From positions 490,041-554,040 of the forward strand of contig JAKLGJ010000001.1 of the NCBI GenBank assembly GCA_022710715.1: a stretch of 64,000 nt of DNA. Direction: 5' to 3'. Below the pieces are notes generated by a model. It was not told the origin of the DNA. It saw only the letters and a program-made list of their open reading frames with translations, and searched no databases. This document shows, piece by piece, positions 56,092 to 64,000 of the stretch. The DNA comes from Candidatus Omnitrophota bacterium. Its GTDB lineage: Bacteria; Omnitrophota; Gorgyraeia; Gygaellales; Profunditerraquicolaceae. Each line of letters opens with the position of its first letter. Positions within the stretch are counted from its first letter, which is position 1. The position numbers and the translations under genes were made by a program.

Positions 56092-56436
56092 TCACTCTTC
56101 TGTATATTTCATCAAGCCTTCCGGAAGAGCGGTCAGATTTATCTTGAGCGTATGCATGAAATTTATGAGATAAATACGGTTCTGGTATACTGCGTATACG
56201 CTTCCTCTCATCTTGCAGAAGAAATGTTCCCTTTTTTCCAGGGAGTTGCGCTCTTTGAGAATGTGTAAAGAAGGCGCTGTGGTCTCTTTGGGTTTTGACG
56301 GCACTTCCCGCACCACATAGATAAAATGTCGACGGATGATGGTCCTTAACCCGCTTTTATCCACCACTTCGGAGCAGGAAAGGACCTTTCTTTTCCGGTC
56401 CGTGGAAGTCAGATTTTTGAAGAGTAGGTCGCGCAT
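56092..56436 (-). pseudogene. possible degraded DDE transposase (IS4/IS5-like) C-terminal remnant in AT-rich island
   Basis: 114-aa ORF; REHFFCKMRGSVYAVYQNRIYLINFMHTL loosely resembles IS4/IS5 C-terminal E...K/R region; flanked by palindromes. Confidence 0.25.
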
Positions 56437-56702
56437 GTCTTTTTTAGAAATGGGCCATGCAACCTTTCGGTCCCATGGCCCGCTTGAATTCCCCTTACCT
56501 GTTTACCGGAAATAACCATTATTTCCGGGTAGCTGATGGGGAACATTAAATACTTTATTAAAGATTTAACTTAAGTCTCAAAAAAAATTGGTTTTACAAG
56601 AAAAGTATACCCTATATTTTCGTAATTTCAAGAAAATCAATGGGTTAGATGAAAGCGCTTTCAAAATGGCAGGTAAAATTGTGCAGGTTATAAAATGAAA
56701 GT

Positions 56703-57338
56703 TTAGGATTTTTTGAAAATCAACGGCTTCTCTTCTCCCCGGATCAATCTGCGGAAATTGAGGGAATGACGCAAGAGAACGAAAATGGTGAGAATGAATC
56801 CTGCGGTTAATATAACTTTGGATTGTTTGAAAACGATCAGATAAACCGGTAAGCTCAAAGCGGCGATGATCGAAGCCAGAGAAACAATCCTGCTCGCGGC
56901 AAAAACCACGATCCAGGTACCCAGAAGCAGGAGTATGATCACGCGTAAGCCGGTTATCGCAGTGGCCAGGCCGATCAATACGCCCAGGGTAGTGGCGATG
57001 CCTTTGCCGCCTTTGAAATTTAAAAAACAGGTCCAGTTGTGGCCGATAATGCCGCTGATGCCTAAAAGGATCAAGATAAGATCCGGGTGGGCGGCGTGGG
57101 TACGATGAATCAAGGGTTGTGCGATCATCACGATAGGAATTATCCCCTTGATCACGTCCAGCAGCAGAACGATGATGCCGGGAACGGTTCCTAATGTGCG
57201 CAGGGCATTGGTGGCTCCCACATTGCCCGAACCGTGTTGACGAATGTCGATGCCTTTGAGCAGACGGCCGAAAATAAACGCGGTCGGGATGGAGCCGATC
57301 AGATAACTAACGATGATTCCGGGCAGTATCGAGAGCAT
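56703..57338 (-). CDS. plsY: glycerol-3-phosphate acyltransferase (acyl-phosphate dependent)
   Basis: GSGNVGATNALR motif; polytopic. Confidence 0.9.
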   Translation of the reverse strand: MLSILPGIIVSYLIGSIPTAFIFGRLLKGIDIRQHGSGNVGATNALRTLGTVPGIIVLLLDVIKGIIPIVMIAQPLIHRTHAAHPDLILILLGISGIIGHNWTCFLNFKGGKGIATTLGVLIGLATAITGLRVIILLLLGTWIVVFAASRIVSLASIIAALSLPVYLIVFKQSKVILTAGFILTIFVLLRHSLNFRRLIRGEEKPLIFKKS

Positions 57339-57876
57339 AGAGTATCTTGAATCCTTTTTGGATGTAATCGATCCCTGAAATCAAGGTGAACCCGACTGCG
57401 GTCCACCAGAGCGCGAACGAATAGTTCCACTGCAGCAGCACCGCGATAACCGAGAGCATCTGGAAGGTCGTGGTCAATTTTCCCCATTTCGTCGGGATCA
57501 CATCGATCTTCTGTTTAACGATAAAAATGACCACTGCGCCCAGAAGGATCAACAGGTCCCTGCTGATCACGATCAGGATAACCGGCAAAGGGAAATGCAC
57601 GGGCAGTTTGATCAGGTGCAGGCAGATAAAAGCGCTCATCAGCAGCAGCTTGTCTCCCAGCGGGTCGAGAATCAGCCCTGCCTGCGATTGTTCTTTGGAT
57701 TTTCTGGCCAGATAACCGTCTACTGCGTCGGAGATCACTCCCAGGATGAACAGGCCCAGGGCCAGGAAACGCAGATGGTTATTGCGGACGGTGTCGAGCG
57801 AAAAATAGACCAGGCAGGCGATGAAAAACGGGACGATCAGAATCCTGAACGTGGAAACTTTGTTGGCGATGTTCAT
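57307..57876 (-). CDS. pgsA: CDP-diacylglycerol--glycerol-3-phosphate 3-phosphatidyltransferase
   Basis: CDP-alcohol phosphatidyltransferase motif DAVDGYLARK...GLILDPLGDK. Confidence 0.85.
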   Translation of the reverse strand: MNIANKVSTFRILIVPFFIACLVYFSLDTVRNNHLRFLALGLFILGVISDAVDGYLARKSKEQSQAGLILDPLGDKLLLMSAFICLHLIKLPVHFPLPVILIVISRDLLILLGAVVIFIVKQKIDVIPTKWGKLTTTFQMLSVIAVLLQWNYSFALWWTAVGFTLISGIDYIQKGFKILYALDTARNHR

Positions 57877-58484
57877 CGTATCAATCGTATCCGCTGCGGC
57901 GGCCAGTAGATTACCAGGGCTTTGCCGAGCATATTGGCGTGCGGCACAAAACCCCAGTATCGGCTGTCCTGGGATGAGGCTGAATTGTCTCCTAAGACGA
58001 AATAGCTGTCCGGCGGTACAGTGATCTTTTTCCCGGGCTCCTTGAATTCGGCTTGATTATAGTAGTAACGTTTGCTGAATCCTTCTTCGATGAGGGGCTC
58101 GTCGTTCACGTACACCGTCCCGTTCTTGATCTCGACGGTATCTCCGGGCAGGCCGATCAGGCGCTTGATGAAGTCTTTTTTGGGCTCGAGCGGAAAGATG
58201 AAAACAACCACGTCCCCCCTTTTGGGCTGTCTGACCGCCGGTAAACGCAGAGAGGTAAAGGGTACCTTTGCCCCGTAAAGGAATTTGTTCACCAGGATGG
58301 CGTCGCCTTCAATCAGCGTCGGCCGCATTGAGCCGGTGGGGATTTTGAATGCCTGAATGAAGAACGTCCGTATGAACATCGCCAGGACAAAAGCGATCAG
58401 GATGGATTCGATCCATTCCATGATTACGGATTTGCGCTTTCCCGTTTTTTCGACGGTTGACTGCTGCACGTTATTTTTAGCCAT
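57873..58484 (-). CDS. lepB: signal peptidase I
   Basis: IPTGSMRPTL Ser box, GDNSASSQDSRYWGF box E. Confidence 0.9.
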   Translation of the reverse strand: MAKNNVQQSTVEKTGKRKSVIMEWIESILIAFVLAMFIRTFFIQAFKIPTGSMRPTLIEGDAILVNKFLYGAKVPFTSLRLPAVRQPKRGDVVVFIFPLEPKKDFIKRLIGLPGDTVEIKNGTVYVNDEPLIEEGFSKRYYYNQAEFKEPGKKITVPPDSYFVLGDNSASSQDSRYWGFVPHANMLGKALVIYWPPQRIRLIR

Positions 58485-60283
58485 TACAGTTTTAGTACCT
58501 CCAGAAATGCCTCTTGGGGAATCTCGACTTTGCCGAATTGCTTGAGACGTCTCTTCGACTGTTTCTGATGTTCCCAGAGTTTGCGTTTACGGGTTATGTC
58601 TCCTCCGGAACAGCGGGCAGTTACATTCTTGCCCACCGGGCGGACTTTTTCCGATGAAAGTATCTGGCTGCCTACCGTGGCCTGGATAGATACTTCGAAT
58701 AACTGCCGGGGAATGAGCTCGCGCAGTTTCTTCGTCAATGCGTGCGCTTTGGTGTAGGCTTTTTCTTTCGGAAGCAGGGTCGAAAAAGCGTCGCAGACCA
58801 CACCGTTCAACATTATATCAAGTTTTACCAGTTTTGTGGGAAAATAATCGCTGAACTCGTAATCGATGGAACCGTAACCCCGGGTCAGGGATTTAACCCG
58901 GTCGTAAAAATCGACGATGATCTCCGAAAGAGGGATATCGAAGGTCAGTTTGACCCTGTCCTCGCCCAGATGTTCGCGCGAGCTGAATACCCCGCGGCGC
59001 GATTTGACCATTTCGCAGACCGGTTCGATGGTATCTACCGGGATAATGATCAACAGCTTGACCATCGGTTCGAACGCTTCTTCGATTTCTCCGGGCGAGG
59101 GGAATTTCATGGGCGTGTCCACGTCGATCAACTCCTGCGCCCCCATTTTTTTGATGCGGTAGACCACGTTGGGCACGGTCAGAATGAGATTGAGGTCGTA
59201 TTCGCGTTCCAGTCTCTCCTGCACTATCTCCATATGCAAAAGCCCCAGGAATCCGCAGCGGAATCCCGTGCCGAACGACTGGCTGTTTTCCGGTTCGAAC
59301 ACGAATGACGCGTCCGACAATTTCAATTTGTCCATGGCGTCGCGCAGGTTCGGGAAATCCGCGGGATTCACCGGATAGATGCCGCAGAATACCAGGGGTT
59401 TGAGCGTGCGGTACCCGGGCAGGGGTTTGTCGCAGGGGTTTTTCGGGTCGGTGATGGTATCGCCGATGATGATCTCGCGGGGATCGCGGATGTTCGCGGT
59501 GAAATAACCGACTTCCCCGCAGGTCAAAGCGTCCACTTCCGAGTATTTCAGGTCTTTGAACACGCCCAGCTCTTCGATCTTGTACAGGGCGTTGGAATGC
59601 ATCAGCCGGATCTGGGATCTCGCGGAGAGTTTCCCGTCCATGATCCTGACATACACCACTACGCCCTTGTAGACATCGTAGCGGCAGTCGAAGACCAGGG
59701 CTTTCAACGGATGGTCCGTTTCTCCCGGCGGCGCCGGAAGCGCTTTGATGATGCGCTCCAGGATATCCTTGACCCCGATGCCCTGTTTGGCAGACGCCAG
59801 AATGATGTCCTCTTCGCGGAATCCCAGCACGGAAACGATCTGGGCTTTGATCCGTTCGATATCGATGCTGGGCAGGTCGATCTTATTGATTACCGGAATG
59901 ATCTCGAGGTTGTTCTCCAGGGCGAGGTAATAATTCGCTACGGTCTGGGCTTCGATCCCCTGGCCGGCGTCGATCACCAGGATTGCGCCTTCGCAGGCTG
60001 CCAGCGATTTCGAGACCTCGTACGTAAAATCCACATGGCCGGGAGTGTCGATCAGGTTCAGGACATACTCTTTCCCGTCAGCGGCGGCATAATCGATCCT
60101 CACGGTCGACGCTTTAATGGTGATGCCGCGTTCCCGCTCCAGGTCCATATCGTCGAGCACCTGGTCTTTGACATGGCGGCGGTCAAGCGCGCCGGTAATC
60201 TCCAGGATGCGGTCAGCCAGCGTCGATTTGCCGTGGTCGATGTGCGCGATGATCGAAAAGTTGCGAATGAGTGTTTTATCCAT
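58484..60283 (-). CDS. lepA: elongation factor 4 (LepA)
   Basis: IRNFSIIAHIDHGKSTLADR G1 motif, EF-G-like domains, LepA C-terminal domain. Confidence 0.95.
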   Translation of the reverse strand: MDKTLIRNFSIIAHIDHGKSTLADRILEITGALDRRHVKDQVLDDMDLERERGITIKASTVRIDYAAADGKEYVLNLIDTPGHVDFTYEVSKSLAACEGAILVIDAGQGIEAQTVANYYLALENNLEIIPVINKIDLPSIDIERIKAQIVSVLGFREEDIILASAKQGIGVKDILERIIKALPAPPGETDHPLKALVFDCRYDVYKGVVVYVRIMDGKLSARSQIRLMHSNALYKIEELGVFKDLKYSEVDALTCGEVGYFTANIRDPREIIIGDTITDPKNPCDKPLPGYRTLKPLVFCGIYPVNPADFPNLRDAMDKLKLSDASFVFEPENSQSFGTGFRCGFLGLLHMEIVQERLEREYDLNLILTVPNVVYRIKKMGAQELIDVDTPMKFPSPGEIEEAFEPMVKLLIIIPVDTIEPVCEMVKSRRGVFSSREHLGEDRVKLTFDIPLSEIIVDFYDRVKSLTRGYGSIDYEFSDYFPTKLVKLDIMLNGVVCDAFSTLLPKEKAYTKAHALTKKLRELIPRQLFEVSIQATVGSQILSSEKVRPVGKNVTARCSGGDITRKRKLWEHQKQSKRRLKQFGKVEIPQEAFLEVLKL

Positions 60284-60349
60284 CTTTAGTTATCCACAGG
60301 CGACCGAAGGGAGTCCGGGACTCCCTTCGGTCGCCTGTGTCTAAGTCGG

Positions 60350-61006
60350 TTAGCGGATTGTGCGGAGCATGGTTTCGACTACCTGGTCGATGCTCAACGT
60401 GGTTGTGTCGATGTACACAGCGTCTTCAGCTTTGCGCAAAGGCGCGCATTCCCGTGTGGAATCAATGGTATCTCTGTTCTTGAGGTCCGCGGCTACCTCT
60501 TCGCGGGAAACCCCTTTGATATTCAGGTTGATCAGATCTTTGAACCTGCGGTTTACCCGTTCGTCGAAGGTAGCGTCGATAAAGAACTTTTTTTGCGCTT
60601 GAGGAAAAACCGTCGTTCCGATGTCCCTGCCGTCCATGATGCAATCGTGCTCGGCGCCGAGTTTGCGCTGGAGGATCAGCATTACCTGCCGGACGCCTTT
60701 GATCTTGGCTACGTCGGAAACATGCTGGGTTACCGCCGGCTCGCGGATAGCCAGGGATACGTCTTTGCCGTCAAGCAGCACGGTGATCGGACCGTCCGGG
60801 TTGGGGATCAATTCGATAGCGGTTTTCTGCGCCAGCGCGGTCATCGCGGTTTCATCGCCGATGGCGACGCGTTGATCCAGCGCTTTGCGGGTCAATGCCC
60901 GGTACATCGCTCCGGTATCGATATAAAGAAAACCCAGCTTTTTGGCCAGGATTTTGGCGACCGTGCTTTTTCCACCACCTGCTGGGCCGTCAACGGCGAT
61001 TATCAT
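60350..61006 (-). CDS. cmk: cytidylate kinase
   Basis: IAVDGPAGGGKST P-loop, CMP-binding region. Confidence 0.9.
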   Translation of the reverse strand: MIIAVDGPAGGGKSTVAKILAKKLGFLYIDTGAMYRALTRKALDQRVAIGDETAMTALAQKTAIELIPNPDGPITVLLDGKDVSLAIREPAVTQHVSDVAKIKGVRQVMLILQRKLGAEHDCIMDGRDIGTTVFPQAQKKFFIDATFDERVNRRFKDLINLNIKGVSREEVAADLKNRDTIDSTRECAPLRKAEDAVYIDTTTLSIDQVVETMLRTIR

Positions 61007-61833
61007 GCGAGGCGCTGCCTTTTCTGTTGCGCCTGCACGAGCAGGCGGCGCAGGGTTTTAGTGTCTGCGCGGGCAATTGCCAGCTTGAACGCCCGCAGCT
61101 GTCTCTCCATTGCGCCGATCGCGCGCACAATCGCGGATTTATTCGTGCACAGGATCTCTTCCCACACTTTGCTGTCCGATGCGGCGATGCGGGTCATATC
61201 CCGCAAGCCGCTGCCGGCATAAGCAAGCCATGCTGCTGGAACGGCGTTTATCAGCGCGAAAGCCAGACAATGCGGCATGTGGCTGACCGAAGCCAGTATC
61301 GTGTCATGTGCAACCGGCGTCAGCGTGCAGGTGCGGGCGCCCAGCGTTTCGAAGAAGCGTTTTACTTTTTTCAGCGCTGCGCGGTCAGTGGTGCGCACCG
61401 GGGTAATGATACATAATGCGCCTTTGAATAAATCGGCGCGGGCATTGGCTATGCCGCGTTTTTCCGAACCGGCGATGGGATGGCAGCCGACGAACAAGGG
61501 GAAAGTCCTGCTCAACGCGCGGACGATTGCCTCTTTGGTGCTGCCGGTATCTATGACGATACATCCGGGTTTGAGAACAGCTTTAAGTTTGTCCGCAATG
61601 CGGATAATCGTTTCCACCGGCGCAGCCAGGATTACCAGATCGGCATCGCCCATGATCGACAGGTTCAAGCTGCCGTTATCGATGGCTTTCATGCGCCGGG
61701 CGCGGGTAATGCTGTCGGCATGCCGGCTGACGCCGATCACTCTCCTGGCCAGTCCGGCGCGCTTTATCGCCAGTCCCAGAGAACCGCCGATGAGCCCGGT
61801 GCCGATAATGCCTATAGTGTCGAATGGTTTCAT
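61003..61833 (-). CDS. tyrA: prephenate (arogenate) dehydrogenase
   Basis: IGIIGTGLIGGSLG Rossmann motif, PDH catalytic region. Confidence 0.85.
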   Translation of the reverse strand: MKPFDTIGIIGTGLIGGSLGLAIKRAGLARRVIGVSRHADSITRARRMKAIDNGSLNLSIMGDADLVILAAPVETIIRIADKLKAVLKPGCIVIDTGSTKEAIVRALSRTFPLFVGCHPIAGSEKRGIANARADLFKGALCIITPVRTTDRAALKKVKRFFETLGARTCTLTPVAHDTILASVSHMPHCLAFALINAVPAAWLAYAGSGLRDMTRIAASDSKVWEEILCTNKSAIVRAIGAMERQLRAFKLAIARADTKTLRRLLVQAQQKRQRLA

Positions 61834-62849
61834 CAGATCGCTCTGTTGATTGCTCTGGCCACGGCAGCCAGGTCCTGCATCAACTCGGAAAACGTCGAGG
61901 GTTTCAGCGATTGAGCTCCGTCGGAAAAAGCGTCCTCCGGGTGGTTATGCACTTCGATGATCAAGCCGTCGGCGCCGGCGGCTATCGCGGCTTTGGAAAG
62001 CGCAGGCACCAGTCCCCATTTGCCTGCGGCGTGGCTGGGATCCACAATAATGGGAAGATGCGCCAGTTGCTTGACTACCGGCACGGCGCTCAAGTCCAGC
62101 GTGTTCCGGGTGGCGTCTTCAAAGGTGCGGATGCCGCGCTCGCAGAGAATAACGTTGAAATTCCCTCCGGAAAGGACGTATTCCGCGGACATGAGCCATT
62201 CTTTGATGGTGGAGGACAGTCCCCTTTTCAGGAGGACCGGCTTCTTGGTGTTCCCCACTTCTTTGAGCAGATTGAAATTCTGCATATTCCTGGCGCCGAT
62301 CTGCAGGATGTCTGCATAGCGCGCCACCAGATCGACGTCCCGGGTGTCCATTACCTCGCTGACCGTGACCAGTTGCAATTCGTCGCCGACCTCTTTGAGA
62401 TATTTCAACCCTTCTTCCCCGATCCCCTGGAAACTGTAGGGCGAAGAGCGGGGTTTGAATGCTCCGCCGCGCAAGACCGTGGCTCCGGCTTTTTTCACTT
62501 CTCTGCCGATTTCATAGAGCATATCCAGGTTTTCGATCGAGCACGGGCCGGCCATGATCGTCAGCCGGTCGCCGCCGATCCGGATCCCTTTGCCCACGTC
62601 TATAATCGAATCCTCGCGGTGCATCTCCCGGGAAACCAGTTTGAAGGGCGAAAGCACCGGCATGACTTTCTCGACGCCGGGGAAAACTTCCAGCGGGGTG
62701 ACCTGCAGTATTTCCTCGGGGCCGATAACGCCGATAATCGTGCGTTCGGTTCCTTTGGAGATATGCGGTTTCAAGCCCAGCTTCTGGACTTTTTCGATAA
62801 TATGCTCGATTTGCGCATCGGTTGCTCCGGGACGTAAGACTATGATCAT
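61833..62849 (-). CDS. aroF: 3-deoxy-7-phosphoheptulonate (DAHP) synthase, type I-beta with N-terminal ferredoxin-like regulatory domain
   Basis: N-terminal ~70-aa domain [18 protein letters not shown] then KDO8PS/DAHPS-like barrel ([18 protein letters not shown]). Confidence 0.85.
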   Translation of the reverse strand: MIIVLRPGATDAQIEHIIEKVQKLGLKPHISKGTERTIIGVIGPEEILQVTPLEVFPGVEKVMPVLSPFKLVSREMHREDSIIDVGKGIRIGGDRLTIMAGPCSIENLDMLYEIGREVKKAGATVLRGGAFKPRSSPYSFQGIGEEGLKYLKEVGDELQLVTVSEVMDTRDVDLVARYADILQIGARNMQNFNLLKEVGNTKKPVLLKRGLSSTIKEWLMSAEYVLSGGNFNVILCERGIRTFEDATRNTLDLSAVPVVKQLAHLPIIVDPSHAAGKWGLVPALSKAAIAAGADGLIIEVHNHPEDAFSDGAQSLKPSTFSELMQDLAAVARAINRAI

Positions 62850-62852
62850 GGG

Positions 62853-63950
62853 TTACCTCGAATGTTGCCGGCCGATGATCCGGGTCAATGTTCTTACAAA
62901 ACGTTTGTTTTCCGCTTCAGTGCCGATAGTTACCCTGATGAACGTATCCAGGTGGTACTGTTTCATATCCCGCACGATCACTCCCTGCTTGAGCAGGGCT
63001 TTAAAAACCTCCCGGCAGTCGCGCTTGACGTCGATAAGCACGAAGTTGGTCACCGACGGCACATACGGCAGCCCGAGCGCGGTGCAGGAGTCGTAAAGGA
63101 ATCGTTTGCCCTTGAGGGTTTCCCTGCGGATCCGGGCGAGAAAAGCGGTGTCGTCAAGCGCGGCTTGAGCTGCGGCTTGAGCTACCAGATTGATGTTGAA
63201 CGGTTGCCGGGTGCGTTCAAGATAAGGGGTCCATCGCGCATCGGCGATAGCGTATCCGACCCGCGCTCCTGCCAGCCCGTAGGCCTTGGAGAAGGTTTTC
63301 ATGGCGATCACGTTCTTTTTTCCGAGGTAAGCGATGCCGCGGGGATAATCTTTGACGTCGATGAACGTATCGTAGGCTTCGTCAAGCACGATGATCGTGG
63401 TGCGCGGCAGTCCGGATAAGAACGCGTCGAACGCTTTTTTGCCGACGTAGGTTCCGGTCGGGTTGTTGGGATTGGCAATAAAAACGAGCTTGGTCTTTGC
63501 CGTGATCTTTCTCTTGAGCGCGGCCAGGTCGTAGCGGAAATCCTTGAGCGGCACCGTCAGCAGTTTCTTGTTGTTGATCCGCGCGATGATCGCGTATTCC
63601 ACGAAGGTGTTCTCGCTGGTGAGTATCGTCTCGTCGTCCTCGACAAATGTCTTGATCAGGATGTCGATAAGTTCATCGGAGCCGTTGCCCAGCACGATGT
63701 TCTCGGGTTTGATCCGCAACGCGAGCGCCAGCTTTTTTTTGAGGTAAAAACTCTGGCTGTCCGGGTAGCGGTTTACCTCTCCTATGGCTTTCTTCATCGC
63801 TGCCAGCGCTTTAGGCGACGGGCCGAAAGGATTCTCGTTGGAGGCCAGCTTGATCACGCTGGACAGCCCCAGCTCGCGCTTGGTCTCTTCTATGGGTTTA
63901 CCCGCGACATACGCCTCTACGCTGCGGATATTCTTTCTTACCAGTTCCAT
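62853..63950 (-). CDS. hisC: histidinol-phosphate / aromatic aminotransferase (class II aminotransferase)
   Basis: KLASNENPFGPSP N-terminal motif and PLP-lysine region (TFSKAYGLAGARVG). Confidence 0.85.
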   Translation of the reverse strand: MELVRKNIRSVEAYVAGKPIEETKRELGLSSVIKLASNENPFGPSPKALAAMKKAIGEVNRYPDSQSFYLKKKLALALRIKPENIVLGNGSDELIDILIKTFVEDDETILTSENTFVEYAIIARINNKKLLTVPLKDFRYDLAALKRKITAKTKLVFIANPNNPTGTYVGKKAFDAFLSGLPRTTIIVLDEAYDTFIDVKDYPRGIAYLGKKNVIAMKTFSKAYGLAGARVGYAIADARWTPYLERTRQPFNINLVAQAAAQAALDDTAFLARIRRETLKGKRFLYDSCTALGLPYVPSVTNFVLIDVKRDCREVFKALLKQGVIVRDMKQYHLDTFIRVTIGTEAENKRFVRTLTRIIGRQHSR

Positions 63951-64000
63951 TTTATTCTCCTATCGGGTATGAGCCGAGAATTTTGAGAAACGTACAGTTC

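Overview
This is a bacterial chromosomal window with a moderately GC-rich backbone and about 60 protein genes, most of them on the minus strand and tightly packed. Overlapping stops and starts suggest long operons.

Recognisable housekeeping genes are plsC, coaX, uvrB, nadC, valS, cimA, lysC, thrC, hom, gpsA, pdxJ, acpS, cdaA, folP, ftsH, tilS, tsaD, ctpA, gatCAB, plsY, pgsA, lepB, lepA, cmk, tyrA, a DAHP synthase and hisC. There are five tRNA genes: Pro-GGG, a Gly-TCC/Tyr-GTA/Thr-TGT cluster, and an atypical CAU tRNA.

Several features hint at a deep-branching, possibly candidate-phylum-like lineage: archaeal-type enzymes (a stand-alone GMP synthase ATP-pyrophosphatase subunit, ApgM phosphoglycerate mutase), a Geobacter-type citramalate synthase, a divergent ThyA, four single-domain PilZ proteins scattered through a housekeeping block, and three paralogous excisionase-type HTH domains in unusual fusions (bactofilin-HTH, HTH-TM anchor, HTH ahead of an acyl-ACP-reductase-like gene).

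The most unusual part is an accessory surface module at about 40.4-55.9 kb:
- a GFTLVE prepilin-type pilin;
- a 1080-aa cytoplasmic GH94-like protein;
- an intergenic region with tandem terminators, a small RHH-like ORF and short CCAGCCACGGTAG repeats;
- a five-gene operon: 1006-aa secreted protein with about nine tandem 105-aa repeats, a Cys-rich poly-Pro secreted protein, two Ala(-1) pseudopilins and a small membrane protein;
- a 937-aa TPR plus beta-barrel-like outer-membrane protein.

A 27-nt sequence occurs three times (a perfect 28-bp palindromic hairpin at 44.37 kb and a single copy at 53.02 kb) and brackets the pilin/adhesin operon and its regulatory region. An AT-rich island at 55.9-56.7 kb carries a probable degraded DDE transposase remnant. 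No CRISPR array or rRNA is present.
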